A stretch of DNA of 32,000 nucleotides from Nanobdella aerobiophila (GTDB taxonomy: Archaea > Nanobdellota > Nanobdellia > Nanobdellales > Nanobdellaceae): NCBI RefSeq assembly GCF_023169545.1, contig NZ_AP019769.1, positions 30,001 to 62,000 on the forward strand. Direction: 5' to 3'. The position numbers and the translations under genes were made by a program. Numbering within the stretch: position 1 is the stretch's first letter; every line of letters begins with the position of its first letter. Positions 1 to 9,117 of this stretch are shown here, one piece after another. Under the pieces are notes generated by a model. That model had not been told where the DNA came from and ran no database searches. It saw only the letters and a program-made list of their open reading frames with translations.

Positions 1-94
1 AATGATGAGAGATTCTTTAAAAGCTATTTTATAAATATGCAAATACCATCTAGAGGATTTAGAATTTCTCTTAAAATATTGAAATAATTTTTAA

Positions 95-1078
95 ATGACA
101 TATGTTTTAGTCAGATTAGATGGACTATATATATTTGATGACGATATAAATAATTTTAAACTTAAAGAATTAAGTTTTGATATTAAAGAACTGATTGATA
201 TAGAATCAAGAAAATTACCAGATAAAATAAAAGAATTAATAAAGGATGATTATATATTTATTGGGCAAAAATTTGAAAATTATAGATATACAGATGATGT
301 AAAAATAATAAGGAAGGCATTAGAAAAAGTTAAAGATAGATATAACAATGAATTATTATTAAATTTATTAAAAGAAAAAATATCTAATTCTGTTTCTAAA
401 GATGAATTAATCATACAGGCAATTAGGTTTTTAGATAATTTAAATAAGTCAATAAATCTAATTGTAGAAATGTTTAGAGAGTGGTATGGCTTATATTTTC
501 CAGAAATATCACAAAATATAGAAGATCATGAAAAATTTGTAAAAACTATATTAAATAAAAAAAGAGAAGATCTTATTAAAGAATATAATATTAAGATCAC
601 TATGGGTGGAAAGATATTTGATGAAGCTGATTATAATATATTGAATAATATTGGTTCTCATCTATATAATTTATATACACTAAGAAAAAATATAGAAGAT
701 TATATAGAAAAATTAATGAAAGAATATGCTCCAAATTTATCTGAGATTGCTACTCCAAATATTGGCGCAAGGTTAATCGCTTTGGCAGGTGGTTTAAAAG
801 ACTTATCTTCATTACCATCTTCAACAATACAAATACTTGGAGCAGAAAAAGCATTATTTATGCATTTAACTAAGAAAGCAAAGCCACCAAAACATGGAGT
901 AATATTTAATCATCCTTATCTACAAAAATTACCACAAAAGGCCAGGGGTGCGATGGCCAGAACATTAGCATCAAAAATATCTATAGCTGCTAGGGCAGAT
1001 ATAAATAAGGATATAATATATGATAAATTAAAGGCAGAATTAGATAGAAGATATGAACAGTTGAAGAATAGAAAATGA
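95..1078 (+). CDS. nop5: C/D box sRNP core protein Nop5 (Nop56/58 homologue)
   Basis: 327-aa ORF. C-terminal Nop-domain motifs GAEKALFMHL, KPPKHGVIFNHP and ARGAMARTLASKISIAARAD. ATGA overlap with the fibrillarin gene, the conserved archaeal nop5-flpA pair. Confidence 0.9.
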   Translation: MTYVLVRLDGLYIFDDDINNFKLKELSFDIKELIDIESRKLPDKIKELIKDDYIFIGQKFENYRYTDDVKIIRKALEKVKDRYNNELLLNLLKEKISNSVSKDELIIQAIRFLDNLNKSINLIVEMFREWYGLYFPEISQNIEDHEKFVKTILNKKREDLIKEYNIKITMGGKIFDEADYNILNNIGSHLYNLYTLRKNIEDYIEKLMKEYAPNLSEIATPNIGARLIALAGGLKDLSSLPSSTIQILGAEKALFMHLTKKAKPPKHGVIFNHPYLQKLPQKARGAMARTLASKISIAARADINKDIIYDKLKAELDRRYEQLKNRK

Positions 1079-1749
1079 AACTCAAACCATTAAAGGAGAA
1101 TAAGAATATATTCATTGATGATAAAGGAAGATTATACACAAAAAATTTAGTTAAAGGACAGAAGGTATATACAGAAAAAGTATTTAAGTACAATAATGAA
1201 GAATATAGAGAATGGGTCCTAAAGAAATCTAAATTGAGTGCTTCTATTAAGAAAAATATAGGTTTAGTTCCAATAAATGAAGGAGATAGAGTATTATATT
1301 TAGGTATAGCTGCAGGAACTACAGCATCACATATATCAGATATAATAGGCAATGATGGTATGATATTTGGTATAGATATTGCTCCTAGAATATTAAGGGA
1401 ATTGGTTCCAATAATATATAAGAGGGATAATATAATTGGTTTATTAAATGATTCTGATAAGCCGGATAGTTATCTACATATAGTTCCTAAAGTAGATATA
1501 GTGTACCAAGACGTAGCACAACCTCATCAGATAAAGATATTTTTAGAAAATATAGATTATTATTTAAAAAATAGGGGATATGGATTTTTGGCAGTAAAAG
1601 CAAGATCAATAAATGTTGCGAAGGATCCTAAAGAAATATTTAAAGATGTGAGAAAATCATTAGAGGATCATAGTTTAAATATTTTAAAAGAAGTTAGATT
1701 AGAGCCATATCATAAAGATCATGCAATGTTTTTAATAGAAAATAAATAA
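1075..1749 (+). CDS. flpA: Fibrillarin-like rRNA/tRNA 2'-O-methyltransferase
   Basis: 224 aa. SAM-binding motif VLYLGIAAGTTASHISDIIG, then YQDVAQP and the typical C-terminal LEPYHKDHAMF. Translationally coupled to nop5. Confidence 0.92.
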   Translation: MKLKPLKENKNIFIDDKGRLYTKNLVKGQKVYTEKVFKYNNEEYREWVLKKSKLSASIKKNIGLVPINEGDRVLYLGIAAGTTASHISDIIGNDGMIFGIDIAPRILRELVPIIYKRDNIIGLLNDSDKPDSYLHIVPKVDIVYQDVAQPHQIKIFLENIDYYLKNRGYGFLAVKARSINVAKDPKEIFKDVRKSLEDHSLNILKEVRLEPYHKDHAMFLIENK

Positions 1750-1773
1750 AAATTTTCTGTATATTCTTAATAA

Positions 1774-2007
1774 ATGGATATATATGTATGTAATCTATGT
1801 GGGCATATATTAAGTGGATCTAATAAATATAATAAACATATAATTAAATCGCATATATTAAAGGGTAGATATAATCATAGAAAATTTAAGAAATTACAGA
1901 ATAAGGTATTATTTATAAATGTGAAGGATGAGAACAATATACCCCTGAATCTTGAAGAAAGATATATAAGATCAAAGATAAAAAGAAAGATATTAAAATT
2001 TGAATAG
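1774..2007 (+). CDS. Small basic protein with a single classical C2H2 zinc finger
   Basis: 77 aa. CNLCGHILSGSNKYNKHIIKSH fits C-x2-C-x12-H-x4-H and is followed by a Lys/Arg-rich tail. Confidence 0.55.
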   Translation: MDIYVCNLCGHILSGSNKYNKHIIKSHILKGRYNHRKFKKLQNKVLFINVKDENNIPLNLEERYIRSKIKRKILKFE

Positions 2008-2216
2008 ATTTATATAGATAATTATATTTATTCTTACTGACATATAAATATCCTATATATCTATATCTATTGATTAGGAGCATATATTATAAATATTTTT
2101 TTCGATGATAAATAATCGATTTATAAATATAATATATAAATATTTCTGTAATTTTTTATTAGACCTTATATACTACTTTGATAAATATAAATTTTAATTA
2201 TTATCTTTTAGTAACA

Positions 2217-2768
2217 TTATAATGTGAATATCTTTATTTTTTCTTTTCCTGTTAATTCCAATAATATTCTTTTATATATTAATTCTTGTACATCTCCTAT
2301 ACCCTTCACCCTCTCTTCTATATCCTTAAAAGATTCAAATGGCTTCTTTTGTCTTTCCTCAATAATTCTTTGGACAATTATTTTTCCTATATTCGGTAAT
2401 AATTCAAGAGAATGTATCTTTATATTTATAGAACCTGCTGTATTAAAGAAATTTACATATTTAGATTCATTATTTTTTATTATATCTTTTATTACTTTTT
2501 CTAAATTTGGTCTTGCTATTTCTGGTAAATCATCTATACTTATTCTTCTTAATATTGATCTTACCTTTGGTCTTTGTTGATCTCCTATATATAATTCTTC
2601 AAATAAGTTTACAGTTACAGATGGTTTTAGCGTTAATATTAATAATGTAAAATATTCTTTTCCTACAGCATATACTACAGGTTCTCTAATGTTCCTAGTC
2701 ACATCTCCACCTGGTAAATATGCTATTACTATTGCTATATCCTCTTTTTTTAGGTTCTTTTTATACAT
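2217..2768 (-). CDS. DUF655-type putative RNA-binding protein (OB-like N-terminus, helix-hairpin-helix C-terminus)
   Basis: 183 aa. The LELLPNIGKIIVQRIIEER...FESFKDIEERVKGIG segment is HhH-like. Lies immediately downstream of, and overlaps, the rpoF-like gene, as in the conserved archaeal L21e/RpoF/DUF655 neighbourhood. Confidence 0.55.
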   Translation of the reverse strand: MYKKNLKKEDIAIVIAYLPGGDVTRNIREPVVYAVGKEYFTLLILTLKPSVTVNLFEELYIGDQQRPKVRSILRRISIDDLPEIARPNLEKVIKDIIKNNESKYVNFFNTAGSINIKIHSLELLPNIGKIIVQRIIEERQKKPFESFKDIEERVKGIGDVQELIYKRILLELTGKEKIKIFTL

Positions 2769-3075
2769 CCTTTATTATGTTCAATATTTTTTCCATATCC
2801 TCCTTTGCCAATGTATTTGTATATAATATTGCCCGTAGCTCTTCTTCATTCTTTGGTAATAATGTCAGTATCTGAATTTTTAATTCATCTTTTATGTTTA
2901 TCTCATTTAATTTATTTAATATTTTTTCTTCTTTATCTTGAGATAATTTATATACAGAATCTATATATTTTAAAGTTCTTTCTTCTATATATGATAAATC
3001 TCTTTTTTCTTTTATTTTTTTTAATATTTCTCTAGTATATCCTAGACTAATTATTTTCTTTTCTCCAATTTCCAT
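2761..3075 (-). CDS. rpoF: DNA-directed RNA polymerase subunit Rpo4 (RpoF)
   Basis: 104-aa helical protein. Size, the LSYIEERTLKYI...LKIQILTLLPKNEEELRAILY pattern and the position between rpl21e and DUF655 fit Rpo4/F. Called from context plus weak motif memory. Confidence 0.55.
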   Translation of the reverse strand: MEIGEKKIISLGYTREILKKIKEKRDLSYIEERTLKYIDSVYKLSQDKEEKILNKLNEINIKDELKIQILTLLPKNEEELRAILYTNTLAKEDMEKILNIIKDV

Positions 3076-3127
3076 TTTATATATCTTCGAAATATTATTT
3101 AAAAATATATCATAAGACTTTTATATA

Positions 3128-3421
3128 ATGACTGCAAGAAAGGGTAAAGGATCTAGGAGGAAAACAAGGGACAAATTATCTTTAAATATTCGAAATCATG
3201 GTAAGATTAGAATAAATAGTATATTAGAAAATTATAATAAAGGCGATAGAGTAGTAATAAAAATAAATCCAGCATATCACGATGGCATGCCAAATCCAAG
3301 ATTTTTGGGAAGTACTGGGATAGTAAAGTCTAAAAGAGGCGAATGTTATGAAGTTATGATAAATAATAAAGGGAATGAAAAAATACTAATTGTTCATCCA
3401 GCTCATTTGAAAAGGGTCTAA
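3128..3421 (+). CDS. rpl21e: 50S ribosomal protein L21e
   Basis: 97 aa. N-terminus MTARKGKGSRRKTRDKL, then GDRVVIKINPAYHDGMPNPRFLGSTGIV, typical of L21e. Confidence 0.9.
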   Translation: MTARKGKGSRRKTRDKLSLNIRNHGKIRINSILENYNKGDRVVIKINPAYHDGMPNPRFLGSTGIVKSKRGECYEVMINNKGNEKILIVHPAHLKRV

Positions 3422-3960
3422 GGTTCTATAACTTTATTATTATATAAATTTTTTCTATTTTTATTTATAATATCTAATATCTTGTTTAGGTCTTCCTTTT
3501 TTAATAATATTATATCTATTATTGTATTTATATCCTTGTTTACTAAGAAGGAAGATGTATATATCCTTAGTGTATATAATTTATTCAATTTTTCGTATAG
3601 ATTTTGGTATAATTTTATATCATATATACTATCATTATTTATACTATAGATATTATTATTTATTATTTGTATTAATCTTTTATCTGTAAATATTATTTTG
3701 TATCCTTTCCCCTGATAATAAAAGCTAAGAGAAAAATACATCAATATCATTAGTATAATTATCAATATTATAAATAAATAATAATTTCTATTTAAATATT
3801 CAGATATAATAAATAATATAAAATATATAGCAAATAATATATATAAATTAAAAGATTTTCTTAATGAGTATATATTTGGATTATATGACACTAAAAACAA
3901 AGGTTCTTCTTTTTCTAATTTTATATATTTGCTTATTATATCTTTATCGTATATTATCAT
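3418..3960 (-). CDS. Membrane protein with bacterial-PH (YdbS/T-like) domain
   Basis: 180 aa with two central hydrophobic helices. They are followed by YKIIFTDKRLIQI...LRIYT, which resembles the bPH_2 fold signature. 4-nt overlap with the convergent rpl21e end. Confidence 0.45.
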   Translation of the reverse strand: MIIYDKDIISKYIKLEKEEPLFLVSYNPNIYSLRKSFNLYILFAIYFILFIISEYLNRNYYLFIILIIILMILMYFSLSFYYQGKGYKIIFTDKRLIQIINNNIYSINNDSIYDIKLYQNLYEKLNKLYTLRIYTSSFLVNKDINTIIDIILLKKEDLNKILDIINKNRKNLYNNKVIEP

Positions 3961-4028
3961 AATTAAGATAATATTTATATATATTTTTAAAGGTAAAATT
4001 TATATTTAAATAATGTTTATTTAAAAAT

Positions 4029-4211
4029 ATGAGGAATGATCTTGCAATATCTACAATTATTATAATAATTATTGCTATAGTTGTTCTAATAATAGCGATA
4101 TTATTTGGATATAATATATATAAAGCTGGATATAGTTCTTCTAATACTAGCGCTAATTTTATAAATAGCTCATTAAATAATATAACCAATCAAAAGATTC
4201 CATTTCAATGA
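4029..4211 (+). CDS. 60-aa single-helix membrane peptide (pilin-like/Flp-like)
   Basis: MRNDLAISTIIIIIIAIVVLIIAILFG then a Ser/Asn tail with N-x-S/T sequons. ATGA overlap with the 790-aa ORF favours this strand over the antisense ORF 3944-4189. Confidence 0.45.
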   Translation: MRNDLAISTIIIIIIAIVVLIIAILFGYNIYKAGYSSSNTSANFINSSLNNITNQKIPFQ

Positions 4212-6580
4212 AAACGCAATTTGGTTCTATATTAGAATTTGTAGGATACTATCTAGTTATATTTATAATAATATTAGCTGGTATATTCTTTATATTAACT
4301 TATATATTTAAATTTAATTATAATATAAATCTAAATCCTTCGGTTCAGATATCTTTACAAAATCAAAATGCAAATAATAATGTAAAAACCAATAATTATA
4401 CATATAATGTTTTAGTATACGTTTATTATAATTACAATAATTATGTATATTTAACTCAAGGATTACCAGGAACTAACAATACATATAATTATAGTATAGT
4501 ACCATATATAGGCAATAGCTTAGCCCCAATAAACCCACAAATAGCATATAATAATATGACATCTACCTTACAATTTACATCTAATGCAAATGAAAATATT
4601 AATTTTTATATTAATTTAAGTAATCAGACATATACGGGTACTGAGGTGGATTATAATAATTATCAATGCCAAATATTACCTCCGAATGAACAAATCGGAT
4701 CCCCAAATCAAAATCCGATATTTTGTATAGAATGTACTGGAGGTAATAAATTACAATATTTTTATTTACAAAATCCTGAATATTTGAATGTAACTCCAGC
4801 AATTAGTTTATTAGATGGATATCCAAATGTAAATTATTATAATTATACTATAAATAATTTATATATAGAAAATATGACTGCAATTAGTTTAGAAAGTCAG
4901 GATACATATTATACATTATCTCCATTTCAAGATATATTAGTAGAAGTTGTACCACCATTTTCGAATTATATAAACAGTTATGATGGTATTAATGCAGATA
5001 ATGTATTATTCTTAATCTATTATAATAATCAATATTATGTATTGCCATCATATTATGCAGGAAATAATAATAATATATATTATTTCTTTGTAAATCTATT
5101 GAATTTTCCACAAGATATAAATAATAATGGCGGATGTAATTTCTTAACATTATATGTAGCATTTAGTAATCAGGATTTATTAACGATATTAAATGGAACT
5201 TTAGGAGGAGATCCATATGCATTAAATAATAATAATCCAGGAGAATATCTTATGTACGATAATGGATTAAATGTATTTCCTATATATGTAAATTTTTATA
5301 ATTATAATGGTCTTACGGAGGAAAGTATTATATCATGTAACAGTAATCTTTGCTTCCAACCTACAAAATATAATACTTTACCAACATATAATGTAGAAAA
5401 TATATATGCCAATAATACTTCAGGTTCTCCACTATTTTATTCAGAATCTGGACTGCAGATGTTAAATAATGGTGGAGGTGAAGGTTCTTATATTGCTGTT
5501 AACTCTACATTATTAGACAATTTTGATAATTTTATAAAAAATAATAATATAAATAATCAAAATTATGGAGACGGGATAAATACTTATATATATGTTGCTG
5601 GAGATCCTTGGGAGGACTCCCCCTCTACAGGTTTAAATCCAGAAGTTGCAGATGCAGTAGCATTTTCTATAACAAATCAAAATATATTCACTGGGAATTT
5701 AGATTCTATACTTCCGGTAGGTGGTAGTACTCCTGTACCAAATACTTCAACAACTGAAATATTTGAATATGGATGGGCTTGTACTTCGCCTGGTGCAGGA
5801 TGTTCTTCAGGATATTATGTAGGGATACCTATTAAATATTATTGTGGAGTATCGCATGGAAGTGGTGGATCTACCTGGAGTATTTTATTAAATATAAGTA
5901 CATCAGAGAGTTCGAATTGTGCTTCTAAAGTTAAAGAGTATTATTATGCAGGATCTGCAAACGGAGGAAGTAATTATTATTTTGGAGAAAATAATAATAT
6001 AGGATCTTCTAATAGTTATATACCATTTGCTCCAGAAGATCAACAGAAAAATTATAATTATGAACAATATGGGATATTATATACATATAATTGGTATTTA
6101 ACAAATCCTTCAAGTAATTCTCAATTAAATAATTATTTCTTAATGAATGGTAATATATATAATTATCCTTTGCCAAAGATAAATCAAAATACTCCTGAAC
6201 TTATACAACCAGAATCTCCGGGAGAAAACGCGGGTGTAGGACCTGCATTAGCTATTAGTTATTATAATTCATATCAGACTGCATTTGAAGCAGAGGACGA
6301 TATGCAATTATCTGAGTTCATAAACTATAATGGAGGTAAGGGTATATCAGGTATATTATGTAATTCTTTACCTAATGGTTTTATATCAGGAACATTCGGA
6401 TATATGGAATATTGTCAAGGAGTTTATAATCGTTATATAGACAACTTAGTTATAAATAATTTTGGAAATCAACCTTTTATATATTTTAGTGCAGGAGATG
6501 GAGGTGGAACATCTTATATATATTTGGATTGGTTAATATCATCATTCGGGGTACCTTATGTTGTATATACACCCTCCTGA
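4208..6580 (+). CDS. Large N-terminally anchored secreted protein, Asn/Tyr-rich, heavily sequon-bearing (putative surface glycoprotein)
   Basis: 790-aa uninterrupted ORF in a stop-rich AT genome. N-terminus MKTQFGSILEFVGYYLVIFIIILAGIFFIL. 12 Cys and many N-x-S/T sites. No recognisable enzymatic motif. Confidence 0.8.
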   Translation: MKTQFGSILEFVGYYLVIFIIILAGIFFILTYIFKFNYNINLNPSVQISLQNQNANNNVKTNNYTYNVLVYVYYNYNNYVYLTQGLPGTNNTYNYSIVPYIGNSLAPINPQIAYNNMTSTLQFTSNANENINFYINLSNQTYTGTEVDYNNYQCQILPPNEQIGSPNQNPIFCIECTGGNKLQYFYLQNPEYLNVTPAISLLDGYPNVNYYNYTINNLYIENMTAISLESQDTYYTLSPFQDILVEVVPPFSNYINSYDGINADNVLFLIYYNNQYYVLPSYYAGNNNNIYYFFVNLLNFPQDINNNGGCNFLTLYVAFSNQDLLTILNGTLGGDPYALNNNNPGEYLMYDNGLNVFPIYVNFYNYNGLTEESIISCNSNLCFQPTKYNTLPTYNVENIYANNTSGSPLFYSESGLQMLNNGGGEGSYIAVNSTLLDNFDNFIKNNNINNQNYGDGINTYIYVAGDPWEDSPSTGLNPEVADAVAFSITNQNIFTGNLDSILPVGGSTPVPNTSTTEIFEYGWACTSPGAGCSSGYYVGIPIKYYCGVSHGSGGSTWSILLNISTSESSNCASKVKEYYYAGSANGGSNYYFGENNNIGSSNSYIPFAPEDQQKNYNYEQYGILYTYNWYLTNPSSNSQLNNYFLMNGNIYNYPLPKINQNTPELIQPESPGENAGVGPALAISYYNSYQTAFEAEDDMQLSEFINYNGGKGISGILCNSLPNGFISGTFGYMEYCQGVYNRYIDNLVINNFGNQPFIYFSAGDGGGTSYIYLDWLISSFGVPYVVYTPS

Positions 6581-6616
6581 GATAAAAGTAATATAATAAA
6601 AAAATATATTAAGGTA

Positions 6617-7546
6617 TTATAGATTTTCTTTTATTATTTCTCCTCCACCTCCATAGAAACCGATTGGTATTACAGTATTATTTAATGTAAATATTGGTCC
6701 CCCACCAACATCTGGATCGTATCCATTAATCATTTTCGTTATCCCCATTTCTGGATGTTGGTAATATATCTGATTTAGTTCTGTAGCATTTATATTTACA
6801 TTATTATTTATATTTCCTGTAGCTATATCATTTATAATATTATCTAAATTATGTTCATCCGTATAGAATAATCCGACGTATGGTCTTTCATTCGAATTTG
6901 AAAATAAGCTATCTATATTTAATACTGTACTTCCATTAATATTTTCTTCAGGTATTACAACTACACCATTTCTGCCTGTATCACCTGCAGCTATTATAAC
7001 AAATGGTTCTTGTGCATATGGTCCGGAAACTGATACACCATATGTTTTTTCTATATAATTTTGAACTACCGGGCTTGTCTCTGCATAATTTATATCATTT
7101 AATAATTCTTGAACTGGTCCAAATTTAAATAATACAGGTTGAGTAATCTCATGACCATCTTGATAATAAATTTCTGTTCCAGAATATATATTATTCTGAT
7201 CTGTTGGTTTTATATTATCAATAAATACATAATTTGTATCAATTGTTTGCTCTTGAGGATGTAATATTCCGCCGCCTATTAAATATAGAGCAGCTATCCC
7301 CGCACCTGCAGCTATGCCAGCACCAATGGCTATAAATTTTCCAGGCAACCCTTGTTTACCTTTATATCTATTATATCTAGAGAATGAATCATAAGTCCCT
7401 AATCCCAACCTTACAGGAGTAAAGGGAACTGCGTATAATATAGATCTTGGATTTTCCGTTATATAACCAAGAACTTCCTTTGCCTCCTTCATTTTTACCT
7501 TGATCTTACCTAAAAGATTATCAAGACTAGCTCTAGCATTTACCAT
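6617..7546 (-). CDS. Type II-oriented membrane protein with Gly/Ala-zipper transmembrane helix
   Basis: 309 aa. A ~70-aa charged N-terminal region, then KFIAIGAGIAAGAGIAALYLIGGGIL, then a low-charge extracytoplasmic domain. It is the only minus-strand gene inside the surface-protein block. Confidence 0.75.
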   Translation of the reverse strand: MVNARASLDNLLGKIKVKMKEAKEVLGYITENPRSILYAVPFTPVRLGLGTYDSFSRYNRYKGKQGLPGKFIAIGAGIAAGAGIAALYLIGGGILHPQEQTIDTNYVFIDNIKPTDQNNIYSGTEIYYQDGHEITQPVLFKFGPVQELLNDINYAETSPVVQNYIEKTYGVSVSGPYAQEPFVIIAAGDTGRNGVVVIPEENINGSTVLNIDSLFSNSNERPYVGLFYTDEHNLDNIINDIATGNINNNVNINATELNQIYYQHPEMGITKMINGYDPDVGGGPIFTLNNTVIPIGFYGGGGEIIKENL

Positions 7547-7639
7547 GATTTAATAGTTATAAAAAAAGTTTATAAATATTTCTACAAATCTTATATTTGC
7601 AGTATAAAAAATATAAATTATAAAAGATCTTATTCTTTC

Positions 7640-8776
7640 ATGAAAAAGGGAGTTAGCGATTCTGTTATAAGTTTAATAGTTGTAATAATTGTATTTATAT
7701 TTATATTGTTAATATTATTTAATTCTTTAAGAGCAGTTTCATATTCTGGTAGACCTCAAGCAAAATTTGCGTATGCACTTTCGGGGTCTGTTAGTTTTTT
7801 AGTAGACAAACCTTCTCAAGTTGTCAGTTCTATAGGTACAGACGGTCTTATAATTGCGGGAGGTATTATAGCAGCGGCTGCTATAGTTGGTGGAGCTATT
7901 GCAGCGCATAATGCAGAGGAAGATGAAAATTTATTTAATGTATTTTCAGCGGGTGCGGCAGGATCTATAAAAAGTGTTTTAGGTAATACAGCATTCGAGG
8001 CATTTACCGGAGCTTCAGCCGGATTATTAATTACTGGAGATGTTTTTAATAGTATAGCATCTAATATACAGCAACCAATATTATATTATTTAGCTCTTTT
8101 AGATGAACAATCTGTAAATTTAACTGAATTAAATTCACAAGATTATGTATCTATGTATCAAAATCTAAATTCTACATATGCAAATTATATAGAAAAGAAG
8201 TATTCATGTGAATCTCAACCAACAAGTACGCAATGCGAAAATCTATATCTGACATATAGGATTGCACAAGATCTATATTATACTTATGGAGAAACTCTTG
8301 GGCAATCTGTGGCAATAGCAGGCGCTCATAATGAATATTTTCTAGCATTTTTTAATTATAATGATACAGAAGATAAAAATCAAGCTAATATAACATTAAA
8401 TGAAGTATTATGTATGCTATATATGATGGATTATTATAATGTTAACCCATTTAATCAAATGTATGGAAGTCAGGATATAAACAATTTAGATCCAAATGAA
8501 AATACAGATCTGGCCTGTAATATCACAGCTACTGTTAATAATCAATTACAGTTTTCAGGTTCTGGTCTACCGCAAAATATACAAAGTATGGTTGCAGCAG
8601 ATTCCGCAACATTAGATACTTCAGATACTTCAAACGGCGGACAAATCTCTCTTATCAATTATCCAAATATTATTGTTCAACCGCAAGGATCTCTTACGAG
8701 CGGATATATAATGTTTACATATGATGGTGGTACACAGGCAATAATTATTTCTTCTTTATTATATACACAAAATTAA
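7640..8776 (+). CDS. Pilin-like protein with class III signal peptide
   Basis: 378 aa. MKKG|VSDSVISLIVVIIVFIFILLILF is a canonical archaeal prepilin-type signal. Second Ala/Gly-rich hydrophobic segment GLIIAGGIIAAAAIVGGAIAA. 4 Cys. Confidence 0.8.
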   Translation: MKKGVSDSVISLIVVIIVFIFILLILFNSLRAVSYSGRPQAKFAYALSGSVSFLVDKPSQVVSSIGTDGLIIAGGIIAAAAIVGGAIAAHNAEEDENLFNVFSAGAAGSIKSVLGNTAFEAFTGASAGLLITGDVFNSIASNIQQPILYYLALLDEQSVNLTELNSQDYVSMYQNLNSTYANYIEKKYSCESQPTSTQCENLYLTYRIAQDLYYTYGETLGQSVAIAGAHNEYFLAFFNYNDTEDKNQANITLNEVLCMLYMMDYYNVNPFNQMYGSQDINNLDPNENTDLACNITATVNNQLQFSGSGLPQNIQSMVAADSATLDTSDTSNGGQISLINYPNIIVQPQGSLTSGYIMFTYDGGTQAIIISSLLYTQN

Positions 8777-8810
8777 AAATTTTATATTTTAATAGGTTGT
8801 AAATATTCTT

Positions 8811-8945
8811 ATGGATACTGGAGAATTGCTACAAATAATATTAGCATTAATATTTATTATATTAATTCTTATACTTATATTTTTAATAATTGGGCCAAAG
8901 GTCGGATTAAATTTATCTGTTATTGCACAAAATGGCATACCATAA
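8811..8945 (+). CDS. 44-aa single-helix membrane peptide (not in supplied ORF track)
   Basis: Hand-translated as MDTGELLQIILALIFIILILILIFLIIGPKVGLNLSVIAQNGIP, ATG 8811 to TAA 8943-8945. Same strand as the operon and overlaps the next start by 14 nt. Confidence 0.4.
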   Translation: MDTGELLQIILALIFIILILILIFLIIGPKVGLNLSVIAQNGIP

Positions 8946-9117
8946 AGGACAAATAAGTACATTTTTAGTAGCAATAATAATATTTATAGTGGCATTGGTT
9001 GTATTAACAATATTAATGATATTTTATTTTAAAGGTGGAGTACATTTATTTAATAGCATAAATGAAACAAATGGAACAGTAATAGAAAATCAAATCCAAA
9101 ATAATAACCTACCATGA
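8932..9117 (+). CDS. Minimal pilin-like protein (61 aa) with class III signal peptide
   Basis: From ATG 8932: MAYHKG|QISTFLVAIIIFIVALVVL, a K-G then Q-I-S cleavage-type motif. The track start at 8923 is a TTG extension. The mature part is little more than the hydrophobic helix plus a short sequon-bearing tail. Confidence 0.6.
   Translation: MAYHKGQISTFLVAIIIFIVALVVLTILMIFYFKGGVHLFNSINETNGTVIENQIQNNNLP

Noticed and set aside
1-87. Open frame NDERFFKSYFINMQIPSRGFRISLKILK-stop that could be the 3' end of an upstream gene; also an AATGATGA C-box-like heptamer at 1-8 just upstream of nop5
   Set aside because: 29 codons with no recognisable motif cannot be supported as a CDS. No D/D' (CUGA) boxes lie at the right spacing, so a C/D box sRNA call is not justified.
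990-1352. 120-aa minus-strand ORF overlapping the nop5/flpA junction
   Set aside because: Antisense shadow of two confidently identified genes; low-complexity product.
2008-2216. 209-bp convergent intergenic region with a T7 run and a small hairpin (cgat-gataaata-atcg); considered as terminator or small RNA
   Set aside because: The hairpin stem is only 4 bp, the T-run lies ~90 nt from the nearest stop codon, and there are no C/D or H/ACA box signatures.
2224-3035. Plus-strand ORFs 2224-2580 and 2805-3035
   Set aside because: They lie wholly inside the DUF655 and rpoF genes on the opposite strand. Their Phe/Leu/Ile-rich products are typical of antisense frames of Lys/Glu-rich genes.
3944-4189. 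81-aa minus-strand ORF overlapping the 60-aa plus-strand peptide gene
   Set aside because: The plus-strand ORF is ATGA-coupled to the 790-aa gene and resembles the other helix-only peptides. The two readings are mutually exclusive and the minus one has no supporting context.
4611-4802. 63-aa antisense ORF inside the 790-aa gene; likewise 13408-13695 inside the 492-aa gene
   Set aside because: Embedded antisense shadows of long uninterrupted ORFs.
7547-7639. TATA-box/BRE-like motifs (for example tttataaata) about 25-30 nt upstream of the divergent starts at 7546 and 7640, and similar motifs in other intergenic spacers and upstream of tRNA-Leu
   Set aside because: In DNA this AT-rich, TTTAWATA-like strings occur almost everywhere. 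Without transcript 5' ends I cannot distinguish real promoters from background, so none are listed as features.
8789-8974. 61-aa minus-strand ORF
   Set aside because: It overlaps two interlocking plus-strand micro-ORFs that fit the operon's strand and coupling pattern.
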